Part shown: one piece after another, positions 9,750 through 17,948 of the stretch
How positions within the stretch are numbered: position 1 is the stretch's first letter
Layout of the letters: the number at the start of each line of letters is the position of its first letter
Assembly (NCBI GenBank): GCA_021734665.1
Contig: JAIPIN010000001.1
Span: 1 to 59,759, forward strand
DNA from: Kiritimatiellales bacterium
Lineage (GTDB): Bacteria > Patescibacteriota > Gracilibacteria > Peribacterales > Peribacteraceae
Direction: 5' to 3'
Length of the DNA stretch: 59,759 bases
The notes under the pieces: generated by a model
Databases searched by the model: none
What the model was told of the DNA's origin: nothing
The model's input: only the letters and a program-made list of their open reading frames with translations
Translations under genes and position numbers: made by a program

Positions 9750-9773
9750 AGAAGTATGTGCGCACATACTTCT
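9750..9773. repeat. Perfect 24-bp palindrome
   Basis: AGAAGTATGTGC|GCACATACTTCT. Confidence 0.85.
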
Positions 9774-9877
9774 ATAATGAATACCTATATTAAAGTTATT
9801 AATGTTATTAATAGAATTAAAAAATATTATTAACTGAATAATTGTCTCACAGGTTTCAAAGATTTTTTGTGTGTGGT

Positions 9878-10282
9878 TTAGGAGAATAAATTTCCTATCT
9901 CCTTATGCGCAACTACAAAGATGCTTCCAGCGGTAATTAATACAATTCCAAGAATAATTGACAGATCAATCTTTTCTTTAATAAATATTGAATTGAATAT
10001 TATTGCAGCTATTGGTCCAGATGCTATCCATAGAGATATTATTATTAGAAAATTACGGAATACTTCGTTTCCCCATTGGAATCCCAGTCCATAAAGCACA
10101 TTTATTATAATTGGAACCCAAATGAATTTAATTTGGATCAATAAAATTCCGGTGATAGTAGAGTGATAGGTGATTCCAAGAATTTGACCTTCTGGGCTTA
10201 ATTTGCCCATGAAATATCCGTACCATGTGATAATGAATTGTGCTGTCAGAAATATGCCAAGCACTAAAACCTTTTGAATCAT
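9878..10282 (-). CDS. Hypothetical small multi-pass membrane protein, with weak resemblance to DMT/SMR-type 4-TM proteins
   Basis: 134 aa with about 4 hydrophobic segments and an FIKEKI..IILGIVLITAG ending; TGcTAGAAT 6 nt upstream of the ATG. Confidence 0.6.
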   Translation of the reverse strand: MIQKVLVLGIFLTAQFIITWYGYFMGKLSPEGQILGITYHSTITGILLIQIKFIWVPIIINVLYGLGFQWGNEVFRNFLIIISLWIASGPIAAIIFNSIFIKEKIDLSIILGIVLITAGSIFVVAHKEIGNLFS

Positions 10283-10302
10283 GAACTTATTCTAGCAGTT
10301 CT

Positions 10303-10785
10303 TTATGTAATTGCCTGATTAATATTCCCTCCCAATTGTTTAACTATGTCGTAAGTTACTTCGTTGGTTGTTTTAGAGCGAATTGCCTTTTTTAAAGTAA
10401 CAGATAACCACCCTGTTGCAAGGAATCCTGAAATCACGAACATAGCTTTCCATTCCGAAGGCCCTAACCATAGTGCTTTTTTAAAATCAGATGTAATCAA
10501 AGCAATTATGATTGTGGTTACTGTAGAAAGTGGCGCAACCCATTCGTGTTTTCCAAGTTTGGCTATATTTCTCTTTAGACAAAGCAGAGTTTTATCGTGT
10601 GTTACTACTATTAACTTTTGATTTGTATTAGTGCTTACCTTAATAACTTTTGTATTTAGATCTTCGGGAGAAGCAGCAGAGGGGATAGTATTTGAAAATT
10701 CTTCATATAAAAACTCCTTCTCTGATGTTGAAGGCTCGGGGATTACGGAATTTAATTTTTTTAATGATTGCAGGACGTTTTGCAT
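10303..10785 (-). CDS. Hypothetical protein with two C-terminal TM helices
   Basis: 160-aa ORF with two hydrophobic segments, co-oriented with the neighbouring gene. Confidence 0.6.
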   Translation of the reverse strand: MQNVLQSLKKLNSVIPEPSTSEKEFLYEEFSNTIPSAASPEDLNTKVIKVSTNTNQKLIVVTHDKTLLCLKRNIAKLGKHEWVAPLSTVTTIIIALITSDFKKALWLGPSEWKAMFVISGFLATGWLSVTLKKAIRSKTTNEVTYDIVKQLGGNINQAIT

Positions 10786-10927
10786 AGGAGGCGTATGCTG
10801 CCCTTACAAGAGAGCCATGTCAAATCAATTATTTTTATTGATGTAGTAATTTACTAAATTTACAAATATATTTTATTACGAAAAAGACCCCAAGGGGGGC
10901 CAGTTTCCGTAGAAATTTTGAGACTAA

Positions 10928-11068
10928 TTATTCAACAGTCTCTTCTTCTGTTGCTTCTTCTTCAGTGGCTTCCTCTTCGGTAGCTTCTTCTGCTTCAGGA
11001 GCGTCTGTTTCTGGTGTTTCTGCTGCATCATTACCGCAAGAGCCACCACAACATCCATCATCAAACAT
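10928..11068 (-). CDS. Small CCGGSC-motif protein with an acidic repeat tail (46 aa)
   Basis: MFDDGCCGGSCGNDAAETPETDAPEAEEATEEEATEEEATEEETVE; the EEEAT repeats vary at synonymous positions; TTCTTTCCCC lies 8 nt before the ATG. Confidence 0.65.
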   Translation of the reverse strand: MFDDGCCGGSCGNDAAETPETDAPEAEEATEEEATEEEATEEETVE

Positions 11069-11180
11069 GTGTGATAGGGGAAAGAATAAATACAAAGGTG
11101 ATTGTGACCTATTTTTCAAACAACTTCAAGGGCACACTCCCTCTTTTGAGAGATTTTTCAATTGATGAGTATCACATCAA

Positions 11181-11288
11181 TTATTCACTAGATTCGTCAC
11201 TCGTCACGTTGCATGTGCATGCATTTCCGGGGCAGCTGCATCCGTTACATTCCGGACACATTTGTTCTCCGCAGACATCGCATTCCAT
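11181..11288 (-). CDS. Metallothionein-like Cys-rich miniprotein (35 aa, 8 Cys)
   Basis: My translation: MECDVCGEQMCPECNGCSCPGNACTCNVTSDESSE*. Below the ORF-track cutoff; carries the same TTCTTTCCCC leader motif as its neighbour. Confidence 0.65.
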   Translation of the reverse strand: MECDVCGEQMCPECNGCSCPGNACTCNVTSDESSE

Positions 11289-11373
11289 GAGGCGAGGGGG
11301 AAAGAAGTATATAAATATTATCTAGCTCTTGGATGGGCAGATCAATAGCAAAAATGTGTTCGAAATTACATAT

Positions 11374-11470
11374 AAATCCCAACAGCCTTCGCCAAGGCTA
11401 CGGCTGTCAAGAATCCCAAGCATCAAATCACAAAAAATCCCATTCGTGAGTTTTTGATTTTTGTAATTTG
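11374..11470. repeat. Degenerate heptamer inverted arrays with an embedded GC-rich palindrome
   Basis: aaatccc...gaatccc aagcatc aaatcac versus tttttga ttttttg taatttg; AGCCTT-cgcc-AAGGCT hairpin at 11384-11399. Confidence 0.5.
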
Positions 11471-11471
11471 C

Positions 11472-12692
11472 CTACTCGTACCCCATTGCTTCGATCGGCT
11501 GAAGAGCTGCTGCTTTGCGTGCTGGATAAATTCCAAATATCAATCCTATTACAATTGATGTAATCAATGGGATTAGAATTGCTTTTATAGATAGTGCGTA
11601 AGTCAGTTCGCCAAGGAATTTACTGGCCACAAGAGATATGAAGTAGCCAAAGCTTATGGCTCCAATTACTCCAATAACACCGCCAATCAACGTAAGTACA
11701 ATTGATTCCATTAAGAATTGTATAAGAATGTCTTGCCTGCGTGCGCCGACAGCTTTGCGCAGTCCAATCTCCTTTGTTCTTTCTGTAACAGATACGAGCA
11801 TGATATTCATGATTCCCACTCCTCCTACGAGCAATGAGATACTTGCAATAAGTCCTAAGAATAGAGTGATACTCATTGTTACTGTTTCGATTATTTCCAT
11901 TGCCTGCTCTAATGAGCGCGCATAAAAGTCATCTTTATCAATATCATCTTCTGGATTGTCTATATTGTGACGTTGCCTGAGCAACGAAACAATATCTTGC
12001 CTAGTTAATTCATTATTGCCATTTATAGATTGTAGCGCGATGTAATCGATATAAGTTGTACGTCCCTTGATAGCTTTTGCTACCGAGAATGGGACATAAA
12101 CCATAGAATCTAGTTCTGCGGTAAGAGGAGAACCCATAGTCTCCAAGATACCTACTACGGTAAATTTACGCGCACCGATTGTTAGTCGTTTTCCAAGTGG
12201 ATTTTCATTTTGAAATAGATCCTCTGCGGCCTGAGATCCTAAAACAACTACGCTCTTGGCTCCTTTATCATCTTCATCGTTTAGTAGTCTTCCTTCTTCG
12301 ACCTTCATAGACCAGTTGGCGAAAATTTCTTTAGTTGTTCCTAAAATCATAGGTGCAATATCTTCTCGTCCATATTTTATTCGGTCTGTTAAAAAGATCG
12401 CAGGCGCTACATTTTTTACAGTAGTTAAGTTCCTTATAGCTTCCAAGTCACCGAATGTAATGCTCAAAACATCTTTACCAATGTCTTGAATGCCCTTTGC
12501 ATGAATTTCAAAAGTATCTCCAGAAAAGCTCTCTACTTGATCTACAATAAATCTTTCAAAACTTGCTCCAATAGATACCATAAGCACTACCGATCCAACT
12601 CCTATCACAATACCAAGTGTAGTGAGCATGGATCGCATGCGAGATCGTTTTAATCCTTCTAGAGCCGCGGAGACGGTGTCTTTTAAGAGCAT
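11472..12692 (-). CDS. MacB/FtsX-type ABC transporter permease (copy 2)
   Basis: RSMLTTLGIVIGV and SLLVGGVGIMNIMLVSVTERTKEIGLRKAVGA motifs; start set to ATG 12692 because the longer ORF starts inside the repeat. Confidence 0.93.
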   Translation of the reverse strand: MLLKDTVSAALEGLKRSRMRSMLTTLGIVIGVGSVVLMVSIGASFERFIVDQVESFSGDTFEIHAKGIQDIGKDVLSITFGDLEAIRNLTTVKNVAPAIFLTDRIKYGREDIAPMILGTTKEIFANWSMKVEEGRLLNDEDDKGAKSVVVLGSQAAEDLFQNENPLGKRLTIGARKFTVVGILETMGSPLTAELDSMVYVPFSVAKAIKGRTTYIDYIALQSINGNNELTRQDIVSLLRQRHNIDNPEDDIDKDDFYARSLEQAMEIIETVTMSITLFLGLIASISLLVGGVGIMNIMLVSVTERTKEIGLRKAVGARRQDILIQFLMESIVLTLIGGVIGVIGAISFGYFISLVASKFLGELTYALSIKAILIPLITSIVIGLIFGIYPARKAAALQPIEAMGYE

Positions 12693-12700
12693 GATAAGAA

Positions 12701-12760
12701 AGTTCCAAGGTCCAAGTTCCAAGGTCCAAGTTTGGCACTTGGCACTTGATACTTGGCACT
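12701..12760. repeat. Inverted heptamer arrays (AGKTCCA)4 / (TGGCACT)4
   Basis: agttcca aggtcca agttcca aggtcca then tggcact tggcact tgatact tggcact; a minus-strand TATAAT lies at 12770-12775. Confidence 0.8.
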
Positions 12761-12798
12761 TTTAATCTGATTATAGTGTGACATGATAATGATCATAA

Positions 12799-14034
12799 TT
12801 ATTCGTATCGGAGGGCTTCTATAGGTCGTAGGCGCGATGCCTTAAGAGCCGGATATAGTCCAAATGAAATGCCGGTTATCGTTGCCATTGCAAGTGCCAC
12901 TAGAATTGCACCAAAACTAATTGCAAATTGAAAATCAGATAAAAACTTTCCAACAGCAGTTGAAATCAAAAAATCCAGTGCGATACCAAGCACAATTCCA
13001 ATGCATCCTCCGATGAGTGTTAGGAAGATTGATTCGATAAGTATTTGAAAAAGAATATCTTTACGTTTGGCACCTACGGCTTTGCGCAGTCCAATCTCGC
13101 GAGTTCTTTCGGTCACAGATACAAGCATGATATTCATGATGCCGATACCTCCAACAAATAAAGAAATCCCCGCAATCATAGTTATAAATAAAGTCAGGCT
13201 AATAGACACTGTTCCAAGAATTGCTTCTGCCTGAGCAGCAGAGCGCACTAGAAAGTCATCATTATCCGTAGAACCATCTTCTGCTGGGGTAATGCCATGC
13301 CTTTGCCTTAGTAGTGCGCGCACATCATCAAATGCTATGTCGAAATCATCAACAGCTTGCATAGTAATCATGTCAGCGTGTGTACGATTTGTTATGGCAA
13401 TTGCTGTAGATAAAGGCATAACAATGCGATCGTCAAGATTCTGAAAGAATACCATTCCAACAGATTCCAAAACTCCGATCACTGTAAATTTTCTACCTGC
13501 TATTTCCACTCGTTTTCCAATTGGATTACTGGTGAAGAATAGATCTTCTGCTATTTCCGATCCTATAACCACAACGAAGTTCGAAGACTCTTCATCTTGC
13601 TGATCATGGAGACGGCCTTGATCAACTTTTATATTTTGATTCAGAAAATATTCGGGCGTGGAGCCAACAAGCATCGGGTCAGTTGTTTCGTGTCCATATT
13701 GTGCATCTCCTGGAACTATAATCCCAGGTGCGATAGTACTTATTGTAGTAAGTGCTCTAAGAGCTTTTACGTCATCTAGAGTGAGCACATCGAAATCAGG
13801 TCGCAATGATGCATTCCCGCCTTCTGGGCCCTGATTGCCAGGGAATATAACCATGGTTTGAGGCCCCATAATGTCTATCTGGCCTAGAATTACACCTTCA
13901 ACACTCTTTCCTATTCCGGTCATCAGGACTACTGCACCAACACCAATAATAATTCCTAGCATGGTTAATAATGAGCGCATGCGATTTACAGTCACGCCTT
14001 TTGAGGCCGTTGAGAATAGATCACGTAGCAGCAT
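12799..14034 (-). CDS. MacB/FtsX-type ABC transporter permease (copy 1)
   Basis: RSLLTMLGIIIGV, GGIGIMNIMLVSVTERTREIGLRKAVGA and PIEALRYE motifs. Confidence 0.93.
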   Translation of the reverse strand: MLLRDLFSTASKGVTVNRMRSLLTMLGIIIGVGAVVLMTGIGKSVEGVILGQIDIMGPQTMVIFPGNQGPEGGNASLRPDFDVLTLDDVKALRALTTISTIAPGIIVPGDAQYGHETTDPMLVGSTPEYFLNQNIKVDQGRLHDQQDEESSNFVVVIGSEIAEDLFFTSNPIGKRVEIAGRKFTVIGVLESVGMVFFQNLDDRIVMPLSTAIAITNRTHADMITMQAVDDFDIAFDDVRALLRQRHGITPAEDGSTDNDDFLVRSAAQAEAILGTVSISLTLFITMIAGISLFVGGIGIMNIMLVSVTERTREIGLRKAVGAKRKDILFQILIESIFLTLIGGCIGIVLGIALDFLISTAVGKFLSDFQFAISFGAILVALAMATITGISFGLYPALKASRLRPIEALRYE

Positions 14035-14775
14035 TTATTTTTGTAGAAACTTCTCTTCTTTTGCCTTTCTAGTTTTAAATTCATTAGTATCTTTTATTAT
14101 ACGGCCATCGAATAATTCGATAATACGATCTGCATGTTCGGCAGTATTCTTTTCATGTGTGACCAGAATTATTGTGTGTCCTGCTTCATTTAATTCTTGA
14201 AGTGCAGCCATCACCTGAATACCAGAAACTGAATCCAAGTTTCCTGTAGGTTCATCTGCAAAGATAATATCTGGTTCTGTAACTAGCGCACGCGCAATTG
14301 CAGTGCGTTGCTTTTCACCTCCAGAGAGCTGGTTACTAAGATTATTTTTCCTATGAGTAAGTCCTACAGTCTCTATAGCTTTGGCAACACGTTCGATTCT
14401 CTCTGATTCTGGAATTATTGGGTGATAAATTAGAGGGAGCATCACATTTTGTTCTACCGATGCACGGGGGAGTAGATTAAATGCTTGGAAGACAAAGCTA
14501 ACTCTGGTTGCTCGTATGCGAGACAAAGTATCTTCATCCATCTCTCGAGCAGGTTGACCTTGAAACAAGAAATCTCCACTTGTGTGATGGTCCAAAAAGC
14601 CAAGAATATGCATGAGCGTAGACTTGCCTGATCCCGATGGTCCCATAATTGCTACAAATTCATTCCTTTCAATTTTGAGATTAATATCAAAAAGAACAGC
14701 TGTTTCTAACTCTTCGTTAAAGTAGGATTTATATAAATCTTTCGTCTCGATGAGTGGCACGTCATTTTCTGGCAT
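14035..14775 (-). CDS. MacB/LolD-type ABC transporter ATP-binding protein
   Basis: [26 protein letters not shown] and ADEPTGNLD motifs. Confidence 0.95.
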   Translation of the reverse strand: MPENDVPLIETKDLYKSYFNEELETAVLFDINLKIERNEFVAIMGPSGSGKSTLMHILGFLDHHTSGDFLFQGQPAREMDEDTLSRIRATRVSFVFQAFNLLPRASVEQNVMLPLIYHPIIPESERIERVAKAIETVGLTHRKNNLSNQLSGGEKQRTAIARALVTEPDIIFADEPTGNLDSVSGIQVMAALQELNEAGHTIILVTHEKNTAEHADRIIELFDGRIIKDTNEFKTRKAKEEKFLQK

Positions 14776-14777
14776 GA

Positions 14778-16619
14778 CTAATCTTTGATAAGAATGACAA
14801 TGGTATCATCTTCTTTTACTCCACTTAAAACTTCTATGTCTCCACCTTCTCCGCTCATGCCAGTTTCTACAGTTTGTTCTTGAATCTTTCCGCCTTCTGT
14901 AAATATGCGCACGATTTTTCCTGCGTCGGATGATAATACTGCCCTTCCTGGAATTATAACTACGTCTTTTCGTTCATCTGTGAAGATTTCGCTGTCACCG
15001 GTCATTCCGATCTTTAGGCGGTTATCTTCCTGAATAAAATCTAACTTAACTCGGTACTTAGAAACACCATCAATATTGCTAGCTGCGGGATCAATTTCGC
15101 TAACTTTGATTATAAAGTCTTCATCTGGGAATGCGTCTAGATCTATTGATCCTGTTTGGCTCATCTGCACCTTGGGAATATCTATCTCTGCAACAAACAT
15201 CTCAATACGATATGGAGATGATCCGAGCATAGAGAAGGAATATTCCTGAAGATCGAGTCCGCCTGTAAATTCACCAGGCTTAAGATTTACCTTGGTGATT
15301 ATTCCATCAATAGGGGCGCGAAGAACAGTGTCATCAAACTGAGCTTTGGCGCGATCATATTCTGCTGCAGCCTGATTAACCATTGCACGGGATGAATCAA
15401 TTTCTGTTTGGCGAGTGCCAGCTTTTTTGAGTGCAAGTTGTGCTTCTTGTGTTCGCAAAGCCGTTTCGTATGTAAGAATATCTGATAGCGCAGACTCTTG
15501 TGTGCTTTGAGCTGTAGCTAGGTTTAATTCTTCTGCTGAGATTTTTGAGTCAAAACTTGCGCCAGCATCACGAATACTTTTAGAAGTAGCATCTATAGAC
15601 GAAAGTGCAGTTTGAACGGTGCTACTCTCTGTGGATAGAGTGGTCTTATGCACTTCTCGATCGCCGCTGTCGTAACTATTACTTAGAGGGAGATTGGCAA
15701 CAAATGAATATGATTCATTTATAGCTAAAGAAACAGCTACCAATGCGCTGCGTACTTGATCTAAAGTTTCCAGAGCACTTTTGTAGTTTGCAAAATCATT
15801 TGCAACTACCTGTGAAGCAGATTCTAGTTCATCAATTGCAGTACGCTGCTTTTTTTGTAGTATTGCGTATTTTGTAGTTTCAAAGTAATTAACAGTATTG
15901 ATCAGTGCATTATCTTCAAAAACGTCTTCAAGCTTTCTTAAAGATGAACGCGCAACGGTTAGTTGCTCTATGCTCTCGCTGCTTGCCGTTGTTACATATC
16001 CAGCAAGACTTGTTTCAGCTTCGCGATTTAACCAATTTAATTTTTCTTGAGATTTCTTTAGCTTTTCCTCTGCGCCTGCCAGTGTTGTATAGGCAGCATC
16101 TAATGATGCGCGTTTATTTGCTACTTCTGCTTCTGCAATTGCAATGTCTTCTGGTCGTGTTCCTTGCAAAAGAGAATTTAGATCAGCACGTCTTGATGCA
16201 AGTTTTGCGGCAGCGCCATTTACATCTGCTTTAAGTGCTTCGTTTTTAAGTCTGGCTAACTCTTGTCCGACAGTCACTTTTGCGCCTTCGTCTACAAAGA
16301 CTTCTGCAACAACTCCAGTTACAGGGAATCTTAACTTAAGGTCTTTCTCCGAAATTACAGTACCAACTGCTTCTACTGTTTGCACCAGATCACCACGACG
16401 CGCTTTTGCTAATACAACTTCTGGTTCTTCTGGAGTAAATAGCCATAATGCTACCCAGAGGATTGGAAGCAAAATTATTGTTAAAATAAGCAGCAGCTTC
16501 CATCGTTTTCGGGCAAAAGGCAGAGCCTTTTGTTTTATAAAACGAAAAGGGGCACTGATTCTAGAAGGGGAGTTTTTCTGTGCCTGAGGCGCCATTTGTG
16601 GGTTATTTATAGTTTCCAT
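14778..16619 (-). CDS. MacA/HlyD-family membrane fusion (adaptor) protein with a long coiled coil
   Basis: TM anchor, split lipoyl motifs (GVVAEVFVDEGAKV / LRAPIDGIITKVN), ~300-aa helical insert and LKIGMTG; TGcTATAAT lies 10 nt upstream of ATG 16619. Confidence 0.9.
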   Translation of the reverse strand: METINNPQMAPQAQKNSPSRISAPFRFIKQKALPFARKRWKLLLILTIILLPILWVALWLFTPEEPEVVLAKARRGDLVQTVEAVGTVISEKDLKLRFPVTGVVAEVFVDEGAKVTVGQELARLKNEALKADVNGAAAKLASRRADLNSLLQGTRPEDIAIAEAEVANKRASLDAAYTTLAGAEEKLKKSQEKLNWLNREAETSLAGYVTTASSESIEQLTVARSSLRKLEDVFEDNALINTVNYFETTKYAILQKKQRTAIDELESASQVVANDFANYKSALETLDQVRSALVAVSLAINESYSFVANLPLSNSYDSGDREVHKTTLSTESSTVQTALSSIDATSKSIRDAGASFDSKISAEELNLATAQSTQESALSDILTYETALRTQEAQLALKKAGTRQTEIDSSRAMVNQAAAEYDRAKAQFDDTVLRAPIDGIITKVNLKPGEFTGGLDLQEYSFSMLGSSPYRIEMFVAEIDIPKVQMSQTGSIDLDAFPDEDFIIKVSEIDPAASNIDGVSKYRVKLDFIQEDNRLKIGMTGDSEIFTDERKDVVIIPGRAVLSSDAGKIVRIFTEGGKIQEQTVETGMSGEGGDIEVLSGVKEDDTIVILIKD

Positions 16620-16721
16620 AATTACTGTAATTATAGCAGAAAATAGATATTTTGACAATATAGACACTATGGCTACTGATCATGCTCCTACAGGCCAGAA
16701 TTAGCAATTGGCTTCTTGCAA

Positions 16722-17846
16722 TTATTGCCTAACAGGCAACTCAAAGAAATAACCATGCTCGTCTTTTCCAGTAATAACATTCTTGTTAAAAGTATCTAAA
16801 TCTTTGCTTCTAGATTTAAGTATCGAGTGAGCTTCCTTAAAGCGATTTTCGGAGACGAAGTCTACTGCGTAATCTACTAATCGATTATCAGTTAGAATTG
16901 GATATAAGCGTAATGCAATTGATGGGTCACCTTTATTTTCTGGAGTTATTATCAAAGATGCGATAAGTGAATAAGGCGGGGCTTCATTTTTTTGATACAA
17001 ACTCCAAGAATTAAAACTAAAATTTCCGATGTCATACACTATCCATTTTTCGTCCTGCATTTCTATGCCTTGCAGGTGGTGCGCTCCGTGAGCAATGATA
17101 ATATCTGCTCCAGCTTTCAAAAAGCTATCAGCAAACTCTTCTTGTGTTTTTGTTCTCCAAGAATAGTTGTATCCCCAGTGTGGAGAGACAATAACAAACC
17201 TGTCTGGTTCTTCCTCTTTTAGCTTTCGTATTGCTTCTACTGTTTTATCTCCTAGAGCCAATACTCCACCTTTTTCGCCATCTGCGTAATATCCAAAATA
17301 TTCGTCATAATCCCAGTAGCGCTCTAATCCTACAACTAGAGCGAATTTAAATTTCTGATTACCAACTTTGATGTCCTTTTTAAAAACTCTGCCCGAGCTA
17401 TCCTCGGTTGCTCCTGCTCCAAAGTATGTAAACCCGTGACTATCAAGATTTTTTTGTGCCTCTATGATTCCTTCTACCTCAAAGTCCATTGCATGATTGT
17501 TTGCCAGATTTACTGTGTGAATGTTATGCCTTTTTAATGCTTCCAAAGATTCATCTCGCGATTGCCAGAGTATATAAGACTTAATGCCCTCAAGTTTTGA
17601 TTTGCGCTCACCTATTGGTAGTGCTTCTAAATTAGCAATAACAAAATCTGCTTCAGTAAGAATGTCTTTAAAGTTTAAAAGTGGAAAATCGTACCCTCTT
17701 TCTTCAAGCATTTCGGATGCACGCTTTGAGTGTTCATAAAAAGTTGTATCTCCTACCAAAAGAATAGATGCAGAATCCTGAGTTGCAGGAGAGCAGGATG
17801 CAAGCAGGCATCCGAATAGAATGGTTGAGATTAATCGTAAATGCAT
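16722..17846 (-). CDS. CapA (PGA_cap) family metallophosphoesterase-fold lipoprotein
   Basis: Lipobox LLASC plus VGDT, ANLE, LANNHAMDF, HWG, AHGAH and YDIGNF motifs. Confidence 0.88.
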   Translation of the reverse strand: MHLRLISTILFGCLLASCSPATQDSASILLVGDTTFYEHSKRASEMLEERGYDFPLLNFKDILTEADFVIANLEALPIGERKSKLEGIKSYILWQSRDESLEALKRHNIHTVNLANNHAMDFEVEGIIEAQKNLDSHGFTYFGAGATEDSSGRVFKKDIKVGNQKFKFALVVGLERYWDYDEYFGYYADGEKGGVLALGDKTVEAIRKLKEEEPDRFVIVSPHWGYNYSWRTKTQEEFADSFLKAGADIIIAHGAHHLQGIEMQDEKWIVYDIGNFSFNSWSLYQKNEAPPYSLIASLIITPENKGDPSIALRLYPILTDNRLVDYAVDFVSENRFKEAHSILKSRSKDLDTFNKNVITGKDEHGYFFELPVRQ

Positions 17847-17948
17847 TGGATTGTATGTTAGCGGTTATATCCTTTATCTTGTAGCAAAGTTAGATTTGAT
17901 TGGATTTTTAAGCTTTTAAGCGCTTTTAGGCTCTATACTGGTATCTCC

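Noticed and set aside
10965..11325. Plus-strand ORFs of 66 and 103 aa
   Set aside because: They are antisense shadows of the two minus-strand Cys miniproteins and show no motifs.
16722..17846. Poly-gamma-glutamate capsule synthesis
   Set aside because: Only a lone CapA-family gene is present, with no capB/capC; this family is widespread without PGA synthesis.
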